In this document: one piece after another, positions 41,196-50,757 of the stretch
Position numbering within the stretch: the stretch's first letter is position 1
Layout of the letters: each line of letters starts with the position of its first letter
Assembly: GCA_963778655.1 (NCBI GenBank)
Contig: CAVZVA010000010.1
Location: 1,632,001-1,696,000 of the forward strand
Length of the DNA stretch: 64,000 nucleotides
Direction: 5' to 3'
From: an uncultured delta proteobacterium
Lineage (GTDB): Bacteria; Myxococcota_A; Polyangia; Polyangiales; JAFGIB01
The notes under the pieces: generated by a model
The model's database searches: none
The model's input: only the letters and a program-made list of their open reading frames with translations
What the model was told of the DNA's origin: nothing
Made by a program: the position numbers and the translations under genes

Positions 41196-43022
41196 TCAGC
41201 CTGGGGCAGCCGGCGGTGCGCCAACGGCCGGCGGCAGCGAGCCGGCTTGGACCCTCAGCTCGCGCGCGCGGCCCAGCGCGCGCCGCGCGCTCGCGAACAC
41301 GCCGGGCTCGGTCAAGAACACGTTGTCCGAGCCGAGCGTCTGCGCCAGCCCGAAGCGCCGCAGGTGCTCGAGCAGCTCCGGGCGTACGCCGCACAGCAAC
41401 ACGTGGCGGCCGCGGGCGTGCATTTCGGTCACGAACTGTTCGAGTGTGGTCAGCACGGAGGCGTCGATCCAGCGCGTGCGCTTGAGCCTGAAGATCGCGA
41501 CCCGCACCCCGCTGCGCTCGACCCGCACGAGCTGCTCGGCCAGGTCGTCGGCCACGGCGAAAAACAAGTCGCCCTCGAGCTGGATCAAGACCATGCCGCG
41601 TCGGGCCGAGGCCAGCAGCGGCCGCTCCTCGAAGCCGCCCGCCTCGTTAGGCACCAGCTCGTGCAGGTACAGGCGGCTGGCGTGGTGCAGGTACAGCGCC
41701 AGGCTGAGGAAGATACCGACGTAGATGGCGTAGGTCAGGGGCAGCACCAGCGCCGAGACCAGCGTGGCCGCGCTGACCACCGCGTCGGGCCGGCTGGCGC
41801 GCGCGATGCGCGTGATCGCCCGCACGTCGATCAGCCCGGCGCCCACAATCAGCAGGATGGCCGCCAGCGAGGACAGCGGGATGTTGCGCGCGAACGGCGC
41901 CAGCGAGAGGAAGATCAGCGCGTTGAAGCCCGCGCAGAACACCCCCGCCAGGCGCGTGCGCGCGCCGACGCGGTGCTGAAGCGCCGTGCGCGAGAAGCTG
42001 CCGGAGCCCGGCATGCACTGGAAGAACGCGCCGACCAGATTGGAGATGCCCTGGCCGAAGAACTCCTGGTCGGCGTCGATCGTCTGGCCCGCGCGCTCGG
42101 CGATCGCCTTGCCGATCATCACCGACTCCAGCATTCCGAGTAGCGCGATCGCCACCGCACCCGAGAGCAGCGCCTCGAGCTGTGCGACGCTCAGGTGCGG
42201 AAGCTGCGGTGCCGGCAAGCCGCGCGGCAGCGGCCCGACCAGTGGCGTGTCGGCGTCGGTCCAGCGCGAAAACGATACCCAAAGCGCCGAGCCGGCCACC
42301 GCCAGCAGCGGCCCGGGCGAGCTGCGGCTGAGCCGCTCGGCGCCCAGCACGGCCGCGAGCGCCAGCAGGCCGAGCACGAGCGAGCGCGGGTTAGCCTCGC
42401 CCAGGTGCGGAACGATGCGCTGCGCCGCCCCCGGCAGGCCGGGCAGATAGTGCTCGGCGCCGTCGGTGCGCAGCCCGAGCAACTCGGGCAGCTGCCCTGC
42501 GATCACGAGCACGCCGGCAGCCGCGGTGAAGGGGACCATCACGCTGCGACTCACGTAGCGCACCAGCCGTCCCATACGCGCCGCAGCGAAGGTGAGCTGC
42601 ACCAGCCCCTTGAGCAGGGTCAGCCCAAACACCAGCTGCAGGTACAGCGCGGGGTCGGCGGTCAGCCTCGAGACCACGGCCGCGACCAGCAGGCTCTGGG
42701 TGTTGGTCGGGCCGACCGACAGAAAAGGGCTCGAGGTGAACAGCGAGCCCAGGGAACCGACCACGATCGCGGTGTAGAGGCCGTAGATCGGCGGTACGCC
42801 CGCGACCAGCGCGAAAGCCATCGACTGAGGCAGGTCGACCACCGCCACCGTCAGGCCGGCCAGCAAGTCCTTGGGCAGGTCGGCGCGGCGATACTTGCGT
42901 AGCGTGTGCGCCAGGGGCGCGAACGGTAGCCCCAGCCAGCGCAGCCAGCGTGGTCGAGCCCGAGACACTTTGACGGTTCGGCCGGTTTCTTGGCGGCGAC
43001 CCACTGCCGCCGTAGGAAACAT
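41196..43022 (-). CDS. SulP family anion transporter with STAS domain
   Basis: DLLAGLTVAVVDLPQSMAFA, GLYTAIV, LSVGPT, QEFFGQGISN, GSFSRTA, LEGDLFFA, IDAS. Start may be about 42968. Confidence 0.92.
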   Translation of the reverse strand: MFPTAAVGRRQETGRTVKVSRARPRWLRWLGLPFAPLAHTLRKYRRADLPKDLLAGLTVAVVDLPQSMAFALVAGVPPIYGLYTAIVVGSLGSLFTSSPFLSVGPTNTQSLLVAAVVSRLTADPALYLQLVFGLTLLKGLVQLTFAAARMGRLVRYVSRSVMVPFTAAAGVLVIAGQLPELLGLRTDGAEHYLPGLPGAAQRIVPHLGEANPRSLVLGLLALAAVLGAERLSRSSPGPLLAVAGSALWVSFSRWTDADTPLVGPLPRGLPAPQLPHLSVAQLEALLSGAVAIALLGMLESVMIGKAIAERAGQTIDADQEFFGQGISNLVGAFFQCMPGSGSFSRTALQHRVGARTRLAGVFCAGFNALIFLSLAPFARNIPLSSLAAILLIVGAGLIDVRAITRIARASRPDAVVSAATLVSALVLPLTYAIYVGIFLSLALYLHHASRLYLHELVPNEAGGFEERPLLASARRGMVLIQLEGDLFFAVADDLAEQLVRVERSGVRVAIFRLKRTRWIDASVLTTLEQFVTEMHARGRHVLLCGVRPELLEHLRRFGLAQTLGSDNVFLTEPGVFASARRALGRARELRVQAGSLPPAVGAPPAAPG

Positions 43023-43133
43023 GCTCCGCTACGCATTCGCGGAGCACAAGCTTTTGCCGGGAGCGTTTGGGAAGCACGCGGCGAGGCGATCCGGCTTGCG
43101 CGCACCGCGCGGGACGGTACCCTGTAATTCATC

Positions 43134-43763
43134 ATGGCTCGCTACGATGAGAGCCTCACCGTTGCCGAAGCACGCGAGCGCTACTTTGCTGAAAACGGCG
43201 TCGATCCGGGCTATGGCGAGCGCTGGATCACGCTGCGCGTCGCCGGTCGCGCACTGCCCGTGTTTCCCAACACGCGCGCGCGGATCGCGGCCGCGCGCAT
43301 CCACGACCTGCACCACATCGCCGCCGAATACGACACCTCGTGGACCGGCGAAGCCGAGATCGGCGCCTGGGAGCTGGCCAGCGGCTGCGGGCCCTACCTC
43401 GCGGCCTGGGTGCTCAACCTGACCGCGTTCGGGATCGGCTGTTTGATCGCTCCGCGCAAGCTGCTGCGCGCGTTCGTGCGCGGACGCCACAGCCGCAACC
43501 TGTACGGCGGCGCCTTCGACTCGGCGCGCCTGACCCAGAAGCTCGGCGAGCTGCGGCGCGAGCTCGGTCTGGACCAGCCCCCGCCGCGGCCCTCGCCCGC
43601 GGACCGCGCCGCCTTCGCGCTGTGGGTTGCGCTCGGCTTGCTCTACGCCTTCGGCGGCATGCTCTCGTTTGCGCTCTTCACCGTGGCCATGCTGAAGATG
43701 CCGCGGACCGACACGCCGCTGCCGTCCGTCGCGGGCACCGACGGCCGCGCCGCGCCGGTGTAA
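43134..43763 (+). CDS. Hypothetical protein with Coq4-like HDxxH-x11-E metal motif
   Basis: HDLHHIAAEYDTSWTGE; C-terminal TM segment. Confidence 0.7.
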   Translation: MARYDESLTVAEARERYFAENGVDPGYGERWITLRVAGRALPVFPNTRARIAAARIHDLHHIAAEYDTSWTGEAEIGAWELASGCGPYLAAWVLNLTAFGIGCLIAPRKLLRAFVRGRHSRNLYGGAFDSARLTQKLGELRRELGLDQPPPRPSPADRAAFALWVALGLLYAFGGMLSFALFTVAMLKMPRTDTPLPSVAGTDGRAAPV

Positions 43764-43772
43764 TCTGGTTAT

Positions 43773-44220
43773 CGGGAGGGGCACGCGCCCCTCCCGCCCC
43801 ACCGGCAAAGCCGTTGGGGCCCCACCCACCCGCGGGGTTCGCTCCACTGCGTTGCGCTCACTGGCTCCGGCGAGGTTGTGCGTCTGCCACGCGGCCCTGC
43901 CGCCCCACCGGCAAAGCCGTTGGGGCCCCACCCACCCGCGGGATTCGCTCCACTGCGTTGCGCTCACTGGCTCCGGCGAGGTTGTGCGTCGCTGGCACGC
44001 GGCCCTGCCGCCCCACCGGCAAAGCCGTTGGGGCCCCACCCACCCGCGGGATTCGCTCCACTGCGTTGCGCTCACTGGCTCCGGCGAGGTTGTGCGTCGC
44101 TGGCACGCGGCCCTGCCGCCCCACCGGCAAAGCCGTTGGGGCCCCACCCACCCGCGGGGTTCGCTCCACTGCGTTGCGCTCACTGGCTCCGGCGAGGTTG
44201 TGCGTCGCTGGCACGCGGCC
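43773..44220. repeat. Tandem array of four 106-108-bp REP-like units (family B) between convergent genes
   Basis: accggcaaag recurs at 43801, 43907, 44015 and 44123 with near-identical units. Each unit carries hairpin ccccaccggc-aaa-gccgttgggg; leading hairpin cgggaggggc/gcccctcccg at 43773-43796. Confidence 0.95.
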
Positions 44221-44237
44221 CGAGCCCTCGAGCCGTT

Positions 44238-45041
44238 TCAGTTGGCGTAGCAGTAGGAGGCGGCTAGCTGGGCCACGCAGGTCATCGCGCTCGGGCAGGT
44301 GCGGTTGGTCCCGAAGGGGAAGCCGGTCGGCGTGCAGTCCAGGTGGCAGTAGCCGGTGTCACAGGTCGCGGTGGCCTCGTAGCTGCCCGCGGGCAGCGGG
44401 CAGGTGGCCGCGCTGGTGCAGGGCGGCGCGCACACGCCGATGGTGTTGAGGATGTTGGCGGGATCCTGGGTCGTGGTGCACTGGCCGCCGCTGCACTCGC
44501 TGCTCGCGCTGCAGGACTTGTACTCGCCACCTGTGCCACCTGTGCCACCTGTGCCGCCGCTGCCGCCGCTGCCGCCGCTGCCGCCGCTACCGCTGGTGCC
44601 GCCGCTACCGCCGGTGCCGCCGCTACCGCTGGTGCCGCCGCCGCCCGCACCGGCATCGGGCGCGGGCGCGCCGCCGCCCCCGCCGTCCTCGTCGCCGAGG
44701 GCGCCCGGCGCACTGGCCGCGTCCGTGCCGGCGTCCTGTGAGCCGGTGCTCATGTCGGTGCCGGTGCCGCCCGTGCCCGACGCATTGTCGGCGTCGCCCG
44801 GGCTGGCGCCCGGCGGTCCCGCGTCCAGCATGATCGCACCGGTGCAGTCACACTTGCCCCACACGCGCTCGGGCAGACACTTCTGGGCGCCGGCGAGCGC
44901 CCCTGAGCACACGCACGCCTGGGTCTGGCCCGGCGGACCGCACTTCTCCAGGCTCTTGCAGGCTGCCGCTGGCATGATCGCCAGCGCCGCCAGAGCACGA
45001 AGAACCCACGCGCCCGTGTTATCCATACAACCTTGCTCCAT
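44238..45041 (-). CDS. Cys-rich lipoprotein with Gly/Ser/Thr linker
   Basis: Lipobox AAAC, N-terminal CGPPGQTQACVC..GAQKC..WGKCDC, (GGSGGT)n linker, Cys-rich C-terminal domain. Confidence 0.78.
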   Translation of the reverse strand: MEQGCMDNTGAWVLRALAALAIMPAAACKSLEKCGPPGQTQACVCSGALAGAQKCLPERVWGKCDCTGAIMLDAGPPGASPGDADNASGTGGTGTDMSTGSQDAGTDAASAPGALGDEDGGGGGAPAPDAGAGGGGTSGSGGTGGSGGTSGSGGSGGSGGSGGTGGTGGTGGEYKSCSASSECSGGQCTTTQDPANILNTIGVCAPPCTSAATCPLPAGSYEATATCDTGYCHLDCTPTGFPFGTNRTCPSAMTCVAQLAASYCYAN

Positions 45042-45209
45042 TAGGGGCCTCGCCCATCCCCAGCGCGACCGGCGCGCACCTTAGCATACCCGCACACAGC
45101 GGCCACGCCGCGCTCTGGGTTTCCGGTCTGCCCCCAAAGCCTGCCGGGCGCCGCGCGCGAGACGCGATGGACAAGGCCATCTGGCTCGCGCGAAGGTTCG
45201 GCCGGCCAG

Positions 45210-47654
45210 ATGCTGCTCGTGCGCAGATTTCGTTCATGGCTCACGCCCTGCATGCTGATGGCGGCTTGCGTGCTGGCCGCGTGCAGCGGCCGGCCGCCTT
45301 CGCCTCGCGACCTGCTGCGCGCAAGAGCGCCGAGCCACGTGCACGGCGTGCGGCACCCCGAGCGCATCAACGACGGCGTCACGCCCGCCGACGGCGATTT
45401 GTGGCTCACCGACCTGAGCGCGGTCTTCGCCGACGTCAACGGCGAGGTGGTCTACGATCTCGGTCGCGACACCGCGATCGCCGCCGCGTTCGTCCAGGCC
45501 GACAACAACGATCGCTTCGTGCTCGAGGTCTCCGACGACGGCGCGCACTACCGCCGCCTGTGGCAGGCCGGCGCGGTGCCGCAGCCCGGCATGCGGGGGC
45601 GCATGGTGCGCGGTCTGCGCGCGCACGGCCGCTATCTGCGCCTGACCGCGATCGGCGGCGACTCGCTGGTCAGCGTAGGAGAGCTGATGGTGTTTGCGCA
45701 GGCGCCGCAGCCATGGCCGCCGCGGCTGTGGCAGCGCTTCGGGCTGCCGCCGTACATCGCGATGCAGCGCTGGTGGATCGCGCTGGGCGTCGCGCTGCTG
45801 CTGTTGTTGTTGGCCGCCGACCGGCGCGTGCCCGTGGCAGTGCTCGCCGGCGCCGGCCTGCTCGCGGCCATCGTGCTCGGCCTGTGCGTGAAGCGACTCG
45901 CGGCCGACTGGCCGCCCGTGCTCGAGATCGGCGAAGCGCTGCGCGCGGTGATCGCCGCCGTCGCCGGGCTCGCGCTGATCGCCTTTAGCGTGCGCTGGCT
46001 GCGCGTGCGCCCCGCCGCCGTGCACGGCGTGCTCGGCGTGCTCGCGCTACTCGGTGCGGCCTGCTTCTATAACTTCGGGCGGCCGTGGTTCTGGAACGCC
46101 GAGCGCGGGCGCCCGACCGTCGTTCACACCTACGACATGCGGGTGTATTTCCCGGTCGCCAAGTACTTCGACGAGCTCGGCTTCGACGGCGTGTACACCG
46201 CCAGCGTCAAGGCCTACATGGTCGGGCAGCGCGTACCGGCCAGCACGCTCTCCTCCGTGCTGCTGCGCGACCTGCGCAGCTACCGCGTCGTGCGCGCCGG
46301 CGAGGTGATGGACCAGATCGACGCCGTTCCGCGGCGCTTCACCAAGCAGCGCTGGGACGCCTTCGTCGCGGACATGCGCTTCTTCTGGCGCACGATGGGG
46401 CCGAACGACTACCTCGGCAGCCTGCTCGATCACGGCGGCAACGCCACGCCGGTGTGGCTCGCGCAGGCGAACCTGCTGTTTCGGGGCATGCGCGCCTCCG
46501 AGCCGGCGCTGACCGCGACCGCGCTGCTCGATCCGCTGCTGATGCTGCTGACCTTCTTCTGCATAGCCCGCAGCTTCGGCCTGCGCACGATGCTGGTGTG
46601 CGCGATCGTGTTCGGAGCGACCGACTTTCCGATCTTCGGCAGCGACTGGGCCGGCTCCACTCTACGCTGCGATTGGATGGCGACGCTCGGCCTGGGCTGC
46701 TGCGCGCTCAAGAGCGGCCGCTACGCGCTTGGCGGCGCGCTGCTCGCGCACGCGGGCCTGGTGCGCGCGTTTCCCGCGATCGCGCTGGTGTTCGCACCGC
46801 TGCCGTGGCTGTGGCAGCTGGTGCCGAGCCGCAGGCCGCTCGGGCGCTCAGATCGAACAGATCCACAGGAACACGGGAAGGCGGGAAGGATGGATGTTTC
46901 TCCGTCTTCCCGTCTTCCCGCCTTCCTGTTGCAGCTTCGGTCGCGTGTGCTGCCGCGCATATCCAGCGCAGCGGCGCCGCCGACTGCACTGCCGGGGCGA
47001 GCGCTGCTGCGGCTGGTCGCGGGCGCGGCCGCCGCCAGCGTGCTGCTGGTCGGATTGTCGTGCGCGATGTTCGGCTTCGAGCCCGCTTGGCTCGGCTGGG
47101 CCAAGAAGATCGAGCTCCACACCGAGGACCCCCACACCAACCACGTCGGCGTGCGCGCGGTGACCGCGTTCGACCCGGCCAAGACCGCCGACGCGCTGGC
47201 GGCGGCTGGCTCGCGCGACCCGTGGGCCGACTGGCAGCGCGCGGAGCTCGGCACCTATCAGCGCAGGCAGCCCCTGGTCTTTGCGCTGCGGCTGCTCTTC
47301 ACGCTGCTGGCGCTGCTCGCCTGCCGCGGCGCCACCCCGGCCCAGGCCGCGCTGATCGGCCTGACGCTGGTGCCGGTGTTCTCGTACCCGGCGAACTACT
47401 ACCTGCACTACGTGTTTCTGCTGCCGTTGCTTGCGGTGGGAAGGCGTCCGGGCCTCGGGCTGTGGCTCGAGCTCACGCTGCTCGCAATGTGCGTCGCGCA
47501 GTTCTTCACGCTGAAGGGCGCGCTCGACGTGCGTTTCTTCTGGGAGAGCGTGATCCTGCTCGTCGGCTTCGCCGCGCTGCTCTTCCCGCTGGCGCGGGTG
47601 GGCGCCGCGGCTCAGGTGGTGGCGGCGAACCCCGCCATACCCTCTTCGAGCTGA
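45210..47654 (+). CDS. Large membrane protein: lipobox, discoidin/F5-8-like domain, GT-C-like polytopic domain
   Basis: LAACSG, VYDLGRD..QADNNDRFVLEVSDDG..RYLRL, HTYDMRVYF..KYFDELGFDGVY, DHGGNATPVW, many TM helices. Confidence 0.7.
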   Translation: MLLVRRFRSWLTPCMLMAACVLAACSGRPPSPRDLLRARAPSHVHGVRHPERINDGVTPADGDLWLTDLSAVFADVNGEVVYDLGRDTAIAAAFVQADNNDRFVLEVSDDGAHYRRLWQAGAVPQPGMRGRMVRGLRAHGRYLRLTAIGGDSLVSVGELMVFAQAPQPWPPRLWQRFGLPPYIAMQRWWIALGVALLLLLLAADRRVPVAVLAGAGLLAAIVLGLCVKRLAADWPPVLEIGEALRAVIAAVAGLALIAFSVRWLRVRPAAVHGVLGVLALLGAACFYNFGRPWFWNAERGRPTVVHTYDMRVYFPVAKYFDELGFDGVYTASVKAYMVGQRVPASTLSSVLLRDLRSYRVVRAGEVMDQIDAVPRRFTKQRWDAFVADMRFFWRTMGPNDYLGSLLDHGGNATPVWLAQANLLFRGMRASEPALTATALLDPLLMLLTFFCIARSFGLRTMLVCAIVFGATDFPIFGSDWAGSTLRCDWMATLGLGCCALKSGRYALGGALLAHAGLVRAFPAIALVFAPLPWLWQLVPSRRPLGRSDRTDPQEHGKAGRMDVSPSSRLPAFLLQLRSRVLPRISSAAAPPTALPGRALLRLVAGAAAASVLLVGLSCAMFGFEPAWLGWAKKIELHTEDPHTNHVGVRAVTAFDPAKTADALAAAGSRDPWADWQRAELGTYQRRQPLVFALRLLFTLLALLACRGATPAQAALIGLTLVPVFSYPANYYLHYVFLLPLLAVGRRPGLGLWLELTLLAMCVAQFFTLKGALDVRFFWESVILLVGFAALLFPLARVGAAAQVVAANPAIPSSS
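46865..46929. repeat. Palindromic element family A, copy 3, in frame inside CDS 45210-47654
   Basis: Arms acaggaacacgggaaggcgggaag (46865-46888) and cttcccgtcttcccgccttcctgt (46906-46929). The right arm is identical to 59886-59909. Confidence 0.85.
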
Positions 47655-48169
47655 ACGCCCAAGCTGTTGAGCGCCATGCACACCAGCGTGTACTGGCCGA
47701 CCGCGAAGATCAGGTCGAGCATCTGCCGCTCGTCGTAGCGCGCCGAGAGCGCCTGCCAGGTCGCGTCGCTGATGAAGCTGTCGTCGTGCAGCTCGTCGGC
47801 AGCCCGCAGCAGGGCAGCGTCGAACGGCTCCCAGGCCGGGGCGTCCGGGCCCTGCGCGATGCGCTTGATCTCGTCGTCGCTCAGCCCCGCGCGCTTGCCG
47901 ATCACCACGTGCTGGCCCCACTCGTATTCGCTCCGGCAGCGCCAGCCGGTGCGCAGGATCAGCAGCTCCCGGGCGCGGGCGTCGAGCGTGCTCTTGCCCA
48001 GCACGTGGCTGCCGAACACCAGCCAGCGCTTGGCCAGCTTGGGGTGGCGCGCGACGGTGCGGTAGATGTTGAGCACCGGGCGGCCTGGGCCGGCCCCCGT
48101 GTACTTGACGATCTCTTCGGGGATCTGGTCCGGGGGCAGGGGGGTCAATCGGGGGCGTGTCAGTCGCAT
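47612..48169 (-). CDS. Carboxymuconolactone decarboxylase/AhpD-like protein
   Basis: LNIYRTVARHP, RELLILRTGWRCRSEYEWGQH, ALLRAADEL. Confidence 0.88.
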   Translation of the reverse strand: MRLTRPRLTPLPPDQIPEEIVKYTGAGPGRPVLNIYRTVARHPKLAKRWLVFGSHVLGKSTLDARARELLILRTGWRCRSEYEWGQHVVIGKRAGLSDDEIKRIAQGPDAPAWEPFDAALLRAADELHDDSFISDATWQALSARYDERQMLDLIFAVGQYTLVCMALNSLGVQLEEGMAGFAATT

Positions 48170-48196
48170 GGTACGGGCTTCCTCCGTGCTGCAGGC

Positions 48197-49609
48197 TCAG
48201 CTCGCCCGCGCCGGTGGCGGGTTGCTGTGGCTGCGCGTGATCGCCTCCCGCAGCTCGAGCAGCTCCTTGAGCGCGAGATGACAGTTGCTGCCCAAGCCCA
48301 GGGTCGCCAGCGCGCACAGCCCCGGCACCACCGGCGCCTGATCGACCTCGACCAGCGACCAGGCGCACAGCACGCAGCCGGCGAGCGGCAGCAATACGAG
48401 CACAACGAGGTTGAGCCCGCCCACGCCGAAGCCGACCGTCGGCAGCGCCTCGACATTGGGCCGATCGAACGGATTGTAGGTGGCGCCGACGCCCCGGCTG
48501 CGCCGCATCAAGACCAGGAAGATCGGCAGCAGCGCGAGCGGCGCGAGCTGCAACACCGTCATGCCGCCGAGCTTGATCCCGGAGATCTCGACGTACCGGT
48601 AGTGCCAGCTGAAGCGGGCGTGCAGCTGCTGCAGCGCCTGCGCCGGGCTGCGGTCCTTGAGCGCATCCCACAGGCCGACGGCGTGAGTGACCGGAAATTC
48701 CGCGCCCGTGATGCGGGGCACGGCCACCGCGCGCGCCTCGATCGTCGCAGGCAGGCGCAGCTCCAGCCTCTGATTCGAGGGGCGCGCCAGCAGCGTCGCG
48801 TGCGCGACCGCGCAGCCGCCCGCGTCGCCCTTGGTGCCGGCCGCCTGCGCTCCGCCGCCGGTCTTCTCGAAGCTCTCGGCGCGCTTGGCCAGCGCTTCGT
48901 AGCCCTGCTGCGCTTCGGCGAGCTTCTGTTGGGCTTGCTCGAGCGCGGCCTGGGTCTTGACCCGCGTCTCGTTCGCCTTGGCGATCGCCTTCCAGGTCGC
49001 CTTCCACTTGCGGCGCAGGTCGTACACGTCCTGCGCCTTTGCGTGCTCCTTGTCCGCCGCCCGCACCTGCGCGCGCGCGGCCAGCATGGCCTCGCGGGCG
49101 TCGGCCACTTCCTGCTCGCGCCGCACGTCGGCCTCGCTGCAGCTCCCGCCGCCGAGCGCGATCGCCTGCAACTGGTAGCTCTGGCCTTGCGGCTGCCGCG
49201 ACAGGCGCCAGCCGAGTGAGCGCGCCAGCGCCTGCGGCTGCGGCAAGCCGATCGCCAGCGTGGCGCCTGGCGCGGTCAGCGCGTACACGTCCGCCAGCGT
49301 CGCCAGCGACACGGTCACGCGCGGCATCAACTTGGGCGCCGACGCCGCGGCCGTGACCTTCGGCACGTCCTCGCCCCCGATCGCAGCCGCCACCTTGTCG
49401 AGCTCGAGCGTGCCCTGGCTGCTCGCCTGTGCGACCACGGCGTGCTCCAGGGTCGCGCGATCGAAGGCGCCGGCGAAGGCCGTCATCTCGTCGAGCGCCG
49501 CCATGCTGTGGCCGTCGTCGCCCAGCGGCAGGCCCAACAACACCACGACCACGCTCACCCCGAGCAGGGTCCAGAACATCCGCTGCACCGCGTTGATTCG
49601 TTCCGTCAC
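48197..49609 (-). CDS. Hypothetical membrane protein with extracytoplasmic coiled coil
   Basis: N-terminal TM, long coiled coil flanked by Cys, three C-terminal TMs. Confidence 0.72.
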   Translation of the reverse strand: MTERINAVQRMFWTLLGVSVVVVLLGLPLGDDGHSMAALDEMTAFAGAFDRATLEHAVVAQASSQGTLELDKVAAAIGGEDVPKVTAAASAPKLMPRVTVSLATLADVYALTAPGATLAIGLPQPQALARSLGWRLSRQPQGQSYQLQAIALGGGSCSEADVRREQEVADAREAMLAARAQVRAADKEHAKAQDVYDLRRKWKATWKAIAKANETRVKTQAALEQAQQKLAEAQQGYEALAKRAESFEKTGGGAQAAGTKGDAGGCAVAHATLLARPSNQRLELRLPATIEARAVAVPRITGAEFPVTHAVGLWDALKDRSPAQALQQLHARFSWHYRYVEISGIKLGGMTVLQLAPLALLPIFLVLMRRSRGVGATYNPFDRPNVEALPTVGFGVGGLNLVVLVLLPLAGCVLCAWSLVEVDQAPVVPGLCALATLGLGSNCHLALKELLELREAITRSHSNPPPARAS

Positions 49610-49719
49610 GCCGAGTCGCCGCCAGCGCGTGTACCCCCAACAGCAGGAGGTTGCTGCCAGCGCAGGCCCACGAATCTACGCGATTCCCCGCCGTTGTCAC
49701 CAGCGGCTCGGACGGCGCC

Positions 49720-50655
49720 TCAGCGCTTCTTCACGAAATAGCGGCCGAACGGGAGCGAGCGCAGACGCTTCCGGTGGTGGTGCTCGCGGACGAACTTGCG
49801 TGCCTCGTGGTGGCTTTCGTCGACCTCGAGCACTTTCTGGTAGTACTCGGCGGCGCCGTCGGGGTCGCCGTCCTTGATCTGTGCGCGCGCTTGGGCCACG
49901 TACAGCCACTGCGTGGCACGGCGGTCTGCGGGGCTCTCCTCCGATAACTGCCGGAAGATCTTGATCGCCTGCCCGAAGCGCTTGTGCCCGAGGTGCGTCA
50001 TGCCGAGCTTGAGCTTGGCCACGTCGAGCGGCCGGCCCGTGGGCGCGGGCGTCCCCTCGGCCTGCGCCGGCTCGCTGCGTGCGCTCTCACCATCGGCGCC
50101 GGCGCGCACCGAGCCGCCGCCCTCGGCCCCAGGACTGTTCGAGCGTCGTGCGGCGGCGCGATTCGAGCGGCCGCCCGGCGTCGCTGGCGGGTTGCGCGAC
50201 GACCCCGGTGTCCCGGCGGGCAACGCCTCGAGCACCTTCGAGGGTGGCAGCGCCGACGAGACCTCGAACATGCGGCTGGCGTAGCTGGCGGTCGGCTGCT
50301 CGGAGCTGCCGTCCCAACGCGCGAACTCCACGAGCTGATAGATCTGCTGCTTGTGCACCTGGTCGAGCTCGGCGAATTGCACGCCGACGCCGGGCGGGCG
50401 TCCCTGGAGCTCGGCCTGTTCGGGATCGAGCACGTGCACGACGGTCGCCTTGAGCTGCATTTCATGGCCTTCGGGCAACCGCAGCACGACCTCGACGTCG
50501 CTCAGCACCGGCGGAGCGTCGTCGGTGATGATGAACATGCCCCCCTGGCTCACGTCCGCCGCGTAGAGCTGGGCGAACTCGGCCCAGCTCCCACAGCGGA
50601 CGCGTAGCTCCTGCTTCGAGGGATAGCGCTTGTTCCGGCGCGCGGAATCCGTCAT
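49720..50655 (-). CDS. Myxobacterial-type PilZ domain + TPR protein
   Basis: RRNKRYP, FAQLYAADVSQGGMFI, GVGVQF; C-terminal TPR (AAEYYQKVLEVD). Confidence 0.85.
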   Translation of the reverse strand: MTDSARRNKRYPSKQELRVRCGSWAEFAQLYAADVSQGGMFIITDDAPPVLSDVEVVLRLPEGHEMQLKATVVHVLDPEQAELQGRPPGVGVQFAELDQVHKQQIYQLVEFARWDGSSEQPTASYASRMFEVSSALPPSKVLEALPAGTPGSSRNPPATPGGRSNRAAARRSNSPGAEGGGSVRAGADGESARSEPAQAEGTPAPTGRPLDVAKLKLGMTHLGHKRFGQAIKIFRQLSEESPADRRATQWLYVAQARAQIKDGDPDGAAEYYQKVLEVDESHHEARKFVREHHHRKRLRSLPFGRYFVKKR

Positions 50656-50757
50656 CGAAACTCGATCAGGTTATCACAGACGGCAACAGTGTGAGCTGGT
50701 CTTTGCGATTCGTGCAGGGCGCGGGCGCACGGTGTGGGAGACACGGGCACTGCCTGC

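Noticed and set aside
43773..44220. CRISPR array
   Set aside because: Units are near-identical over their full 108 bp with no unique spacers, and there are no cas genes in the window.
43029..44449. ORFs running through the 108-bp array (e.g. 43029-44183, 43340-44449)
   Set aside because: They stay open because 108 is divisible by 3 and the DNA is GC-rich; they overlap better-supported genes.
44525..44645. 9- and 18-bp tandem repeats
   Set aside because: They simply encode the Gly-Gly-Ser/Thr linker of the Cys-rich lipoprotein.
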